Source: Rickettsiales bacterium (lineage in GTDB: Bacteria > Pseudomonadota > Alphaproteobacteria > Rickettsiales > SXRF01). From it: DNA of 61,268 nt. Both the position numbers and the translations under genes were made by a program. Location: contig CANHDY010000002.1 of assembly GCA_947459535.1 (NCBI GenBank), positions 1 to 61,268 of the forward strand, given 5' to 3'. The notes beneath the pieces were generated by a model, which saw only the letters and a list, made by a program, of their open reading frames with translations, was not told the DNA's origin and made no database searches. Shown in pieces: positions 27,497 through 36,529 of this stretch (positions are counted from its first letter, which is position 1; each line of letters begins with the position of its first letter).

Positions 27497-28991
27497 CGTC
27501 GGTGGTGTTTTGTTTGCTGTCTTTTCCTTGGCCGGGGAGTGATTTAACCGCGATACTGGGCGTTAAGTCCCCCAGACCAAGTTCTTTGATTTTTGCCTTC
27601 TCACGGGCGCGCTGCTCCAGCACGTCTTCCCAATCGAGTCCCTGCATGGCGCATTCATCTTCGAGCGTAGAAAGCCCAGCCTCTATGCGAATTTGTGAGG
27701 CTTGAGCTTCTTTGACGGGGTCAACCCAGCCGCGACCAGGGCCGATCCATTTGCAGCGCGACCATGCCGCGCGGTTAGTGTAAAAATCCTCTGCCTCGAT
27801 TTTGCCGCTATTGATGGCTTCTTCCAGCCACAGCTCGTAGACGGGCTTTGCCCAATAGGTAGCAAGCCACTGCCTGCGCCCAGAAAAGAATCGCCATGCT
27901 TCGAGCAATGCCGCGCGCGCCGAGGAATAATTCGTCTTCGAAAAATCCTTCATCAGCAGTTCGAAGGGCAGATTGAGGCCTGTGCCAATATGGCGCAGGA
28001 TATTTTCCACGAACGCGCCATACGATGAATTCGGGCGGCTCGGTGTAAAAGGTGAGAGCTTGTCACCAGGAAAGGTGGTGATGATGGAGCCGCCTGCGAG
28101 TTTTGCTTTCCATTCGCGGCGTTTCGCATCGTAATCTTCAAAGCTGCCGCCGAACATTTCGACGACCGTCTCTGCATCCAGCGGCGTTTCAATGAAGGCG
28201 GCGATCATGGCATTCACCACCGCTGCTTGCAATTCCGACCGCTCGTAGTGATCGAGCATTTTGAACATCGGCATAATCGGGGTAAGCGCAGGTTTTCCTC
28301 GGTTCTGGCCGGTGCGTTCCTTGTCATGGATATGCAACACACGCCTGCGTCCGAACGCGGTGCGCGAAGGAATGCGCTGCCATTCATCCGCCGAAGATGC
28401 AAACGGCATGAACACATCGCCAGGATGGGTCTTGCGGATGTGGTATGCCAGCGGCGCACCGTAATCATCAATCTCAATGCCGCCACGTAACGTTTTATCA
28501 TCTGGCTTGCTGCCTGGATTGCTCAGGCGATCCGGTTCCACCAGCTGGATAGTGGTGGCGAAGGCATTACCACGTTCCGGCAGCCACAGTGGCAGTGCCA
28601 ATGCCTCGCCATTAATAAAGCCGGAACGAAATACCTGCGTGGTCATCCCTGCAAAATTAAGCGACAGGGCGGCATCGCATTCCAGATTTTCAGCCCAGCA
28701 ACGCCAGAGCGATTCGACGTCACGCGACCAATCATCCGCCCATTCCTTGGTGCGGCCCAGCGCACGGTAATCAGGCAGTGCCACCAACCGTAGCCCTGTG
28801 CCGACGACATTATCCACCATCGTCTGCGCCGCGCCCGATGCCACCCCATGATTGCGGGTGAGATCACGCGAACGCCCGACGAGCGTGGGAAGTTCGCCCA
28901 GCAAATCCACGTCTGCCGAGCCGTTTCCGGGCAGCCAGCTGGAAAGTTCGCGCGCAGTGAGCGATGCAGCGCGGTGAGAGGTATCACTCAT
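27453..28991 (-). CDS. portal protein, lambda family
   Basis: 512 aa, located between gpW and the protease, with an acidic C-terminal tail. Confidence 0.85.
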   Translation of the reverse strand: MSDTSHRAASLTARELSSWLPGNGSADVDLLGELPTLVGRSRDLTRNHGVASGAAQTMVDNVVGTGLRLVALPDYRALGRTKEWADDWSRDVESLWRCWAENLECDAALSLNFAGMTTQVFRSGFINGEALALPLWLPERGNAFATTIQLVEPDRLSNPGSKPDDKTLRGGIEIDDYGAPLAYHIRKTHPGDVFMPFASSADEWQRIPSRTAFGRRRVLHIHDKERTGQNRGKPALTPIMPMFKMLDHYERSELQAAVVNAMIAAFIETPLDAETVVEMFGGSFEDYDAKRREWKAKLAGGSIITTFPGDKLSPFTPSRPNSSYGAFVENILRHIGTGLNLPFELLMKDFSKTNYSSARAALLEAWRFFSGRRQWLATYWAKPVYELWLEEAINSGKIEAEDFYTNRAAWSRCKWIGPGRGWVDPVKEAQASQIRIEAGLSTLEDECAMQGLDWEDVLEQRAREKAKIKELGLGDLTPSIAVKSLPGQGKDSKQNTTDDEENDNASMEQSDQ

Positions 28992-29217
28992 CGAACACCA
29001 CCTTGATCACGCCACGACGCGCTGTGCCGTTTAAGCGATTGATCTGCATTTTGAGTTTTTCGATATATTGCTCCAGCCTGATACTATCGGCCTGTGCATA
29101 GGTGGTGCTCCCATAGCTTCCGATAGAAACGCTCACTTCTTTTACGCCCATCATCAGCTGGTGGTGGGCTTCTTCCGCTTCGGCGAGACGGGTCTGCAAA
29201 GTGGCAAGATCGGTCAT
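28984..29217 (-). CDS. gpW-like head-tail joining protein
   Basis: 77 aa, LATLQTRLAEAEEAHHQL, located between terminase and portal. Confidence 0.6.
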   Translation of the reverse strand: MTDLATLQTRLAEAEEAHHQLMMGVKEVSVSIGSYGSTTYAQADSIRLEQYIEKLKMQINRLNGTARRGVIKVVFDE

Positions 29218-29226
29218 TGTTAATCC

Positions 29227-31245
29227 TCAAAGATAAGGGTCGTCGGCAGCGATGACATTACGCTGGCTGATCGTATTGCTGCGTGGTTGCGGCGTTGGCG
29301 ATGAAGCCTGTGGTTCCTGTGTTGCGGTGTAGGTATCCGCGTAAGGAACGCTCCGTTGTTTGCCGAGCGCGGCCTCCAGCTGTTGCCATTGACGATCAGA
29401 AAAACGGTCAATGCCATAGAGGCTCGCCGCCGTGCGGGCATAGACACGGCAATCGAGCGCCTCGTTATTACGCGTCGGGTCTTTCTCCCAGCTGGCGCGG
29501 GGGAAGCCTTTATGCAGCTTGATCACGCGCTTTTCGGCGGTGAGCTGCTTAAAATACTCCTCGGCATATTCAGGGAAGTGGCACGTTCCTGGTGGAAACG
29601 GTTCATCTTCCTTGGTCGGGCGGTCAAGTTTCAGCCAGCGATACAGCTCCATCTTGGCAACTGGCCCGCTGACATTCCATACACGGAGGCCACGCTTTTT
29701 GCTTCCCACATCGGCTTTGGAAACGCTTAAAATCAGTGCCGTTTCACTATCGCGGCCTTTGACCGCCACCACCGTGCGCGGCGTGGAGGCACGCGCACCC
29801 GCGCCACCCCAGCTCGCCTGCGGATGGGTTTTAACCCAGCCGTAAACATCCTGTGTTGCATAGCCGCTATCGACCGCCAGCACGCGGATGGGAAGTGTGC
29901 CGCCACCTGCATGTTGCCAATCCCGCCGCAGCAATGCTTCGAGCTTTTCCCACACCTCTGGCATGGCGGTGTCGCCCATGAGCACATGGTAATCGACCGA
30001 CCAGCTTTCTTTATGGCGTCCCCACGCCACCACCTCGCATTCGATACGGTCTTTCTGCACGTCCGCACCGGCCGTGAGGAAAAGACCTCCATGCGGCACG
30101 ATGCCCATCGTATATGTTTCGCGGCGTTCGTAGAGCCGTTTCCATTCCGGCGCTTCGTATTCTTCCTCATACGGCTCACCCAGCACCGTATTAACAAATC
30201 CCTTCATCAGTTCAGGATTCGCCTGTGCGTTTTCGAACATCTCCGCCGCATCACCCCATGAAAACCAACCCACGGGGCTGTAAAGCGATGACAAATGATA
30301 GCCGATGGTGCGGCCATCCGTTTCAGCGGTGGCCACCCAGCGGCCACGCGATAGCATCTGCGTTTTGTGGTGCTCGTCAATCAACGCGCCGCATTCTTCG
30401 CAGGCATATTGTGCTTCTTGCGGTTTGCCCTCATGCCAGCGCAACTGCGTAAAACGCAGCGGCTGAAAATGATCGCAATGCGGACACGGTACATGGAAAT
30501 ACCGCTGGTCGCTGCCGTCGAATTCCCGTTGGATGCGCGAGATACCCTTGGTGGTGGGCGTACTCACCAGAAAAATCTTCCGCCGCTTCTGGAAGGTGGC
30601 GGAGCGGCGTTCGGCGAGCAGGATCGGATCGCCTTCGCCCTCCACATCGCCAGGATACCCATCGACCTCATCCATAAACAAATACCGCGCAGGCATGGAA
30701 CGAAGCCCCACCGCCGAGTTGGCGCCCGTCATTACCAGAATGCCGCCCCGAAATTCCTTGCTCAGGATCGTGTTGCCCGAATCGCGTGCGCGTGCGGGCT
30801 TCACCAATTCGCGCAGCTCCGGCGTTTCATCGATTTGCGGGTCGATACGCTGCTTTGAGTTACGTTTCGCCAGCTCCACCGTTGGCGCCACTGCCATCAT
30901 CGGCCCCGGTGCCATGTGGATGACGTAGCCGATCCAGTTATTGCCGCATTCCGTGCCACCGATTTGCGCGCCTTTCATGAACACGATCTTCTGCACTGGC
31001 GAGTGCGGCGAGAGATTATCCATGATCTCCTGCAGGTAGGGCGTGCGGCTGGTGCGCCACCGACCTGGCTCGGCGGCGGATTTGGAAGACAGCATCCGGT
31101 AGCGATCCGCCCACTCGGAGACGGCGAGGAACGATTCGGGCGTTAATCCACTGCGCCACTGGCTTTCTACCGCATCCGCACCCTCATAAAACTCAGTCGA
31201 GACTTGCGCGGAATTCGGCAAGCTCTGAAAGGTGCTGTCTGACAT
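29227..31245 (-). CDS. terminase large subunit, gpA family
   Basis: 672 aa. Walker A-like KGAQIGGTE, a MDEVD Walker B-like motif, and the Cys cluster CPHCDHF...CEECG typical of gpA terminases. Confidence 0.9.
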   Translation of the reverse strand: MSDSTFQSLPNSAQVSTEFYEGADAVESQWRSGLTPESFLAVSEWADRYRMLSSKSAAEPGRWRTSRTPYLQEIMDNLSPHSPVQKIVFMKGAQIGGTECGNNWIGYVIHMAPGPMMAVAPTVELAKRNSKQRIDPQIDETPELRELVKPARARDSGNTILSKEFRGGILVMTGANSAVGLRSMPARYLFMDEVDGYPGDVEGEGDPILLAERRSATFQKRRKIFLVSTPTTKGISRIQREFDGSDQRYFHVPCPHCDHFQPLRFTQLRWHEGKPQEAQYACEECGALIDEHHKTQMLSRGRWVATAETDGRTIGYHLSSLYSPVGWFSWGDAAEMFENAQANPELMKGFVNTVLGEPYEEEYEAPEWKRLYERRETYTMGIVPHGGLFLTAGADVQKDRIECEVVAWGRHKESWSVDYHVLMGDTAMPEVWEKLEALLRRDWQHAGGGTLPIRVLAVDSGYATQDVYGWVKTHPQASWGGAGARASTPRTVVAVKGRDSETALILSVSKADVGSKKRGLRVWNVSGPVAKMELYRWLKLDRPTKEDEPFPPGTCHFPEYAEEYFKQLTAEKRVIKLHKGFPRASWEKDPTRNNEALDCRVYARTAASLYGIDRFSDRQWQQLEAALGKQRSVPYADTYTATQEPQASSPTPQPRSNTISQRNVIAADDPYL

Positions 31246-31735
31246 AGGTTTCCAGCGTCACATGCGTGGTGTGGGGATCAGCACCCAGCTCCGCCGCCAT
31301 TTGTGCGGAAACGCGGGCTGGCCAGTTAAGCCATGCATCACGTTCCTGCCGTCCCAGCTTAAAAACATGTGCCATAACTTTCGCCCTGTCGATTAACTCG
31401 CCCTTAAGTTTCTGCAGCCGCACGCGGTTGGTTTGCGCTTTGAGCACTTCATTCGCGGTGCGTGCCTGCATATAGGTGGTGCCGCCATTTGCGGGTGCGC
31501 CATTTTCTTTCAGCGTATCGCGCACGGCATCGATCGCGGCATCCGGCACCGGCTTCACCGTTTGCGATCCGCGTTGCTGCGCGGCATCGGTGTTTATTTT
31601 CCAAAGCGCATCGGCTTTGCCAGAATCAATGCTGCCGTCTGGCTCCAGCCGGATACGACCTGTTTTTATGGCCTTCCTCACCGCCGCATCGCTGACCCCG
31701 CGATGGCGACCATAGGCACGAATCGACATGCCCAT
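31193..31735 (-). CDS. putative terminase small subunit with N-terminal HTH
   Basis: SIRAYGRHRGVSDAAVRKAIKTGRI HTH, immediately upstream of TerL. The ATG at 31735 is preceded by GGGGG. Confidence 0.5.
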   Translation of the reverse strand: MGMSIRAYGRHRGVSDAAVRKAIKTGRIRLEPDGSIDSGKADALWKINTDAAQQRGSQTVKPVPDAAIDAVRDTLKENGAPANGGTTYMQARTANEVLKAQTNRVRLQKLKGELIDRAKVMAHVFKLGRQERDAWLNWPARVSAQMAAELGADPHTTHVTLETYVRQHLSELAEFRASLD

Positions 31736-31915
31736 ATCAACCCCCAAAACCCCATAAAACCGCCATGCTCAAGACACACCTCCAGTCAAGCCGAATATAC
31801 GCTTAATATATTGATAAATAATGCGAATTATTGCTTTTTCTGGTTGATTAAGATGCAGTTCGAAGCATTCATGGGGGTGTCCACAGGGGACAACAACCAA
31901 CCGAAAGGAATGCAT

Positions 31916-32419
31916 ATGAAAAACGAACCGCTACCCACCAACAACGAAGAATGGGGCTTTTGGGGAACCAGCGTCAGCAACGGCTACGATGCCGCGATGA
32001 CCTGGGATACCGCCAGCCGCTTTTTTGCCAAAACCTTTAACCTCGCGCCGGAAGAAACCCGCACGCTGCTCGATGCGCGTTTCGGTCGCCACCTTGCGGA
32101 TGACTTGAGCTTCATCAACGGCGGCCCAGCAACGGCGGAGGCGGTTGCAAACCACCTCGAAAAACGCAACGCCGATAAAGGCTGGCGCAGGCATTTTGAA
32201 AAAGCCATCCGCGAGGAGACGGGCAAGCTGATTCCCTACACCACGCCGAAAAGCAAAGACGAGATACTCACCAACATCGCGCTTACGCATCTCAATTTTG
32301 AGACGCTCGAAGAACGCAAATCCGACAGCCTCGATTTTAAGGATGTCGGAGTGCTGAATGTCAAAGCCGCCCTCGAAGCTGCTTACACGGCGGGCAGAGC
32401 CAGCCGGAAAGGAGCGTAA
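31916..32419 (+). CDS. hypothetical phage protein
   Basis: AAAGGA-N6-ATG at 31916. The upstream part of track ORF 31433.. is antisense to the terminase small-subunit gene. Confidence 0.5.
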   Translation: MKNEPLPTNNEEWGFWGTSVSNGYDAAMTWDTASRFFAKTFNLAPEETRTLLDARFGRHLADDLSFINGGPATAEAVANHLEKRNADKGWRRHFEKAIREETGKLIPYTTPKSKDEILTNIALTHLNFETLEERKSDSLDFKDVGVLNVKAALEAAYTAGRASRKGA

Positions 32420-32420
32420 C

Positions 32421-32741
32421 ATGAGCAACTTTGTAACCGTCCGATTTGCCCGCAAGCCAAGCAGCCTGCAAGAAATGCAAGCCGAGATTAACAGCCACGG
32501 CTGCGAGGTCGCAAAATGCGAAATCGCCGAGACAGTCACGCTCACCACCGAGGAGTATGACACTTTTACGCGCCTGATTTACAAGGACTGGCCTTGGCTC
32601 GATGGTCGGGGCGGCGACCGTAACGGCATCCGCCAAGTGGTGGCAATCACCGCGCCGGAGCGCGAAACGCTTTATGCCAATCCCGAAGGCTACAGCTACG
32701 CACGCTATATCGGCACCAGCCTCAACGAAGCCACTAACTGA
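32421..32741 (+). CDS. hypothetical phage protein
   Basis: AAGGAG precedes the ATG at 32421, two nt after the previous stop. Confidence 0.5.
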   Translation: MSNFVTVRFARKPSSLQEMQAEINSHGCEVAKCEIAETVTLTTEEYDTFTRLIYKDWPWLDGRGGDRNGIRQVVAITAPERETLYANPEGYSYARYIGTSLNEATN

Positions 32742-32754
32742 AAGGAATCAAACC

Positions 32755-33009
32755 ATGACCGCTTTTACGCATAACAATCGACAAACCTACCACAAGCAGA
32801 GCTACAGCTGGGGCAAGTTACGCACCTTACGCATGGGCAATGCCTATACCTGCATCATCCACCCAGAGCATCTGGCGGCGATTAACCGCAGCGAGGATTT
32901 CACCTGCGAGCAAGGCTTCTGCTGGAAAACCAGCATCGATAACGGCATCGTCACGCTGCAAAGCGGCGGCAACGCATTTACCATCTCACTCGCTGAACTC
33001 AACGCATAA
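32755..33009 (+). CDS. hypothetical phage protein
   Basis: AAAGGA precedes the ATG at 32755. Confidence 0.45.
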   Translation: MTAFTHNNRQTYHKQSYSWGKLRTLRMGNAYTCIIHPEHLAAINRSEDFTCEQGFCWKTSIDNGIVTLQSGGNAFTISLAELNA

Positions 33010-33019
33010 GGAGCATTTT

Positions 33020-33223
33020 ATGACAAAACCCAAATATCCCAACGTGCATGTGCAGCTGGTCGGTCAGGATGGCAATGCCTTTATGATTCTTGGTCTCTGC
33101 CAACGCGCTGCAAATAAAGCGGGGCTTCCAAAATCCGAAATCGAGGCCTTCATGCAAGAGGCAAAATCAGGCGATTACAATCACCTGCTGAATACCTGCA
33201 TGGCGTGGTTCGATATTGATTAG
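33020..33223 (+). CDS. hypothetical small phage protein
   Basis: TAAGGAG precedes the ATG at 33020. Confidence 0.5.
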   Translation: MTKPKYPNVHVQLVGQDGNAFMILGLCQRAANKAGLPKSEIEAFMQEAKSGDYNHLLNTCMAWFDID

Positions 33224-34461
33224 GGAGCGCACATCATCGCATCCACTTTTTTAATCCGCTCACCCAGCCAGCGCATCGTGCCGGTGTGCATGCTATTGCC
33301 AAGCGCCTTGTAGCGCGGCCCATCGGCGGCGGGTTTTCCGCGATAGGGAATCAACGTATAATCATCGGGAAATCCCTGCAGCCGCTCACACTCACGCGGC
33401 GTTAATCGCCGCACCGCCATATCCGCCAGCACAGCGGGTTGATTATCTCCCATCTCCGCACGTAGCGTTGAGCAGGTTTCCCGCAAATCGGTCGGCCCTG
33501 CGTTTCGAGCGATGCTTCCAGGCTCGAAGGCGATGTAGGTGGAGCGGTCGCCACCGGCGGTGACGGTTTTGGATTGCTCGGTTTCGTTTACATACATGCC
33601 GCCGTTCGGGCGGTCTTTGCGTTTGCCATTGGCATCGCAGTAGGTGACGTTGTAGGCACGCGCTGGAACGAACAATTCTGCACCATTTAAAGCATGTTGA
33701 TCTTCCAGTCCCATTTTATCGCCAAAATGCGCGTTGAGTGTTGACGCAATAGTTGCTGGCCATTTTTTGGTAATCAGGTTCTCCGTGCCGCCACCACAGT
33801 CTCCGCCATTAGCACGGATAGTTCCTACGCCTTCACGGTAGCCTCCAATGCTGCTTTGAGTAAAGCTGGTAGAGTTTTCCCGCGTTTCTCGGCGCGGCGT
33901 AATATCCCGCTGCAGGCTTTCGCGCTCAAATAATACCGCTGTGGCAGGTCGCCAGTCTCCAATATATCCGATAACGAACACACGCCTGCGTCGCTGTGGC
34001 ACTCCGAAATACTGAGCGTCAAGAATGCGGTAGGCGAACCCATACCCGCATTCCGCCAACGCGCCGAGGAAGGTGCCAAATGTCCGTCCTCCGTCAATCG
34101 ACAGCACACCGGGGACATTTTCCCAAACCACCCATCGTGGCTTTGTGCTTTGAGCAAGGCGAATAAATCCGAGTGCGAGGTTGCCCCGGTCGTCAGCAAG
34201 TCCTCTGCGAAGTCCTGCGATGCTAAAGGATTGGCAAGGCGTTCCTCCGACCAGAAGGTCAATTGCTCCATAATCATTTTCCGTGAGTGTCGTGAAATCA
34301 CCGAAGAGAGGCACATTAGGATAATGATGCGAAAGCACCGCGCGGGCGAAGGGTTCAATTTCGGAAAATCCTGCCGCCTCAAATCCGAGCGGATGCCACG
34401 CCACTGTTGCTGCCTCAATGCCGGAACATACCGACAGATAGCGAATGGGTTTGGCATCCAT
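33220..34461 (-). CDS. DNA (cytosine-5)-methyltransferase, orphan
   Basis: Motifs SVCSGIEA (I), GGTPCQSFSIAG (IV), ENVPG (VI), QRRRRVFVIG (VIII), RRLTPRECERLQGFPDDY (IX), GNS (X). Confidence 0.9.
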   Translation of the reverse strand: MDAKPIRYLSVCSGIEAATVAWHPLGFEAAGFSEIEPFARAVLSHHYPNVPLFGDFTTLTENDYGAIDLLVGGTPCQSFSIAGLRRGLADDRGNLALGFIRLAQSTKPRWVVWENVPGVLSIDGGRTFGTFLGALAECGYGFAYRILDAQYFGVPQRRRRVFVIGYIGDWRPATAVLFERESLQRDITPRRETRENSTSFTQSSIGGYREGVGTIRANGGDCGGGTENLITKKWPATIASTLNAHFGDKMGLEDQHALNGAELFVPARAYNVTYCDANGKRKDRPNGGMYVNETEQSKTVTAGGDRSTYIAFEPGSIARNAGPTDLRETCSTLRAEMGDNQPAVLADMAVRRLTPRECERLQGFPDDYTLIPYRGKPAADGPRYKALGNSMHTGTMRWLGERIKKVDAMMCAP

Positions 34462-34608
34462 AGGGCATATACGAAGTCAACGGAATTAGTTGGTTAGTGC
34501 ATTGATTTATAATGCGTTTAAGTGCTTATAAGCGTTGCTATCCTTCGCATTCGAAGCATTCATGCACTTGTCCGTATGGACATTAACCGCAAACGCAAAG
34601 GAGCATGT

Positions 34609-35085
34609 ATGATTATCCAACTTACCGACAACCAACGCGCCATCATCGAAGAGGCAACGCGGACAAAATATAACGATGTACGCGAGCTTGAAGCTCTCAA
34701 ACGGCTTGGGCCGCCCATCCGCGAAAATATCATCAAGGGCATGCTCAAGCGCGGCTTGCTCGAAATCCGCCACGATGAAGATGGCGGCAAACTCACCCTG
34801 GTCAGCGACATGGGCTACGCCGCCATTGGTAAAGCCGCAGGCGAAGCACCTGAGACTACTACCGAGAAGGTAGCCGCCGATACGCCCAAACAATCCAAAC
34901 AGCAGATTATGATAGACCTGCTCAAGCGCGAGGAAGGAGCGACGCTGCATCAGCTGGTTGCCGCCACGGGGTGGCAGAAACATTCGGTGCATGGCGCGAT
35001 GGCGGGTGTGCTGAAAAAGAAGCTCGGCCTTGCTATCAAGTCTGACAAGAACCGCGACGGCGAACGCACATACAAAATCGCTTAA
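34609..35085 (+). CDS. DUF3489 domain protein
   Basis: C-terminal KQQIMIDLLKREEGATLHQLVAATGWQKHSVHGAMAGVLKKKLGL matches the DUF3489 signature. AAAGGAG precedes the ATG. Confidence 0.6.
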   Translation: MIIQLTDNQRAIIEEATRTKYNDVRELEALKRLGPPIRENIIKGMLKRGLLEIRHDEDGGKLTLVSDMGYAAIGKAAGEAPETTTEKVAADTPKQSKQQIMIDLLKREEGATLHQLVAATGWQKHSVHGAMAGVLKKKLGLAIKSDKNRDGERTYKIA

Positions 35086-35095
35086 TGGAGGACGT

Positions 35096-35230
35096 ATGCT
35101 TACCGATAACGAATTGCGCGAGCAGCTCGAACGCCTCCGTGACCAGGCAATGGATGGCGATTGCAACTACAGTGAAAAACAATCACAGGCGTTGCAGAAA
35201 ATCATGGATGCGATTGACCATCTTGCCTGA
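35096..35230 (+). CDS. hypothetical 44-aa protein
   Basis: GGAGG lies 4 nt before the ATG. Short ORF, weak support. Confidence 0.3.
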   Translation: MLTDNELREQLERLRDQAMDGDCNYSEKQSQALQKIMDAIDHLA

Positions 35231-35263
35231 CTATAGATTGCCCAGCCGGTTTGTGCTGGGCAA

Positions 35264-36499
35264 TTATCGTTCCTGCGTCAGCGCCGCAAACGACTGGCCT
35301 GTTTCCTCCAGCGTTGCTTCCTTGCCGGTAAATTCCTGCCAGCGGCGAATGATGACATCGCAATATTTCGGGTCGAGTTCGATAAGACAAGCACTGCGGC
35401 CTGTTTTTTCGCAGGCGATGAGCGTCGAGCCGGAGCCACCGAACGGGTCGAGCACGATGTCGCGGCTCTTGCTGGAATTTTCCACCGCCCGTTGCACAAG
35501 CTCCACCGGCTTCATGGTGGGGTGGAGGTCATTAGACACGGGCTTATTGAAAAACCACACATCGCCCTGGTTGCGCGCGCCGCACCAGAAATGGGCGGTG
35601 CCTTCTTTCCAGCCATAGAGGATGGGTTCATACTGCCGTTGGTAATCAGCGCGCCCCATCGTGAACGTATTCTTCGCCCAGATGATAAATGTCGACCAGT
35701 GGCCGCCCGCTTTGCGGAAGGCGCTTTGAAGCGTGTCCAGCTCGGATGACGACATGCAGATGTAAATCGCGCCCTTGCACACGGCGACGAAATTCGTGCA
35801 GGCCTCCAGCAGGAACTCCTCAAACTCCGCACCGAGATTGTCATTTTTGATGGTACGTTTGTTCCCGCGCATTTTGTCTTTCGCGGTGGCACCGTAATTC
35901 ACATTGTAGGGCGGATCGGTAAATACCATATCGGCAAGGCTTCCGCCTAACACACGCTCCACCGCATCGAGCTTGGTGGAATCGCTGCAGAGCAGGCGGT
36001 GCGACCCCAGCAGCCATAGATCTCCGGGCTGGCTAATAGCGATGGCTTCCACCTCCGGTACCGCATCGTCTTCGGTGTTGCCAACTTCCGTCATGGGGGC
36101 GAGCAGCTTATCCAGCTCGTCCTCGCTGAAGCCCATGATATCGAGATTAAAATCTTCCGCCTGCAGGTCGGTCAGCTCCAGCCGCAGCATTTCTTCATCC
36201 CATCCCGCATTCATGGCGATACGGTTATCGGCGATGATCAGCGCGCGTTTTTGTGTTTCGCTTAAATGTGCGAGCATAATGGCGGGGACTTCATTCATGC
36301 CCAGCCGCTGCGCTGCGAGCAAACGACCATGTCCTGCGATGATGCCTTGGTGCTGATCAATCAAGATTGGATTTACAAATCCGAACTCGGCGATGGATGC
36401 CATGATCTGCGCGATCTGCTCATCCGAATGGGTACGCGCATTACGCACGTAAGGAATCAGCCGCTCGATGGAATAGCTGGTGATGGAAAGATCGGTCAT
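35264..36499 (-). CDS. ParB-like nuclease domain fused to an N6A/N4C DNA methyltransferase, orphan
   Basis: N-terminal LIPYVRNARTHSDEQI...GHGRLLAA (ParB/Srx fold), then FTDPPYNVNY and LDPFGGSGSTLIACE. The true ATG is at 36499; the track extension to 36760 crosses a terminator. Confidence 0.85.
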   Translation of the reverse strand: MTDLSITSYSIERLIPYVRNARTHSDEQIAQIMASIAEFGFVNPILIDQHQGIIAGHGRLLAAQRLGMNEVPAIMLAHLSETQKRALIIADNRIAMNAGWDEEMLRLELTDLQAEDFNLDIMGFSEDELDKLLAPMTEVGNTEDDAVPEVEAIAISQPGDLWLLGSHRLLCSDSTKLDAVERVLGGSLADMVFTDPPYNVNYGATAKDKMRGNKRTIKNDNLGAEFEEFLLEACTNFVAVCKGAIYICMSSSELDTLQSAFRKAGGHWSTFIIWAKNTFTMGRADYQRQYEPILYGWKEGTAHFWCGARNQGDVWFFNKPVSNDLHPTMKPVELVQRAVENSSKSRDIVLDPFGGSGSTLIACEKTGRSACLIELDPKYCDVIIRRWQEFTGKEATLEETGQSFAALTQER

Positions 36500-36514
36500 G
36501 GTATTCTCAGGTGC

Positions 36515-36529
36515 GAACCGAGTGCGAAC
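36515..36529 (-). promoter_or_regulatory. candidate alphaproteobacterial LexA (SOS) box GTTC-N7-GTTC
   Basis: Plus strand GAAC-cgagtgc-GAAC at 36515-36529, 15 nt upstream of the ParB-methyltransferase ATG. A third GAAC lies at 36533-36536. Confidence 0.45.

Noticed and set aside
31803-31817. TTAATATATTGATAA upstream of the terminase small-subunit gene, considered as a CtrA box
   Set aside because: It has one mismatch (ATAA) in a very A+T-rich spacer. That is too weak to call without binding data.
31433-31915. N-terminal 160 codons of track ORF 31433..32419
   Set aside because: This part overlaps the terminase small-subunit gene on the opposite strand and reads as Arg/His/Cys-rich noise. A good RBS and ATG at 31916 starts the protein-like part.
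34507-35166. 219-aa minus-strand ORF antisense to the DUF3489 gene
   Set aside because: The plus-strand frame carries the recognisable DUF3489 signature and an RBS. The minus-strand translation has no motif and is rich in Phe, Ala and Arg.
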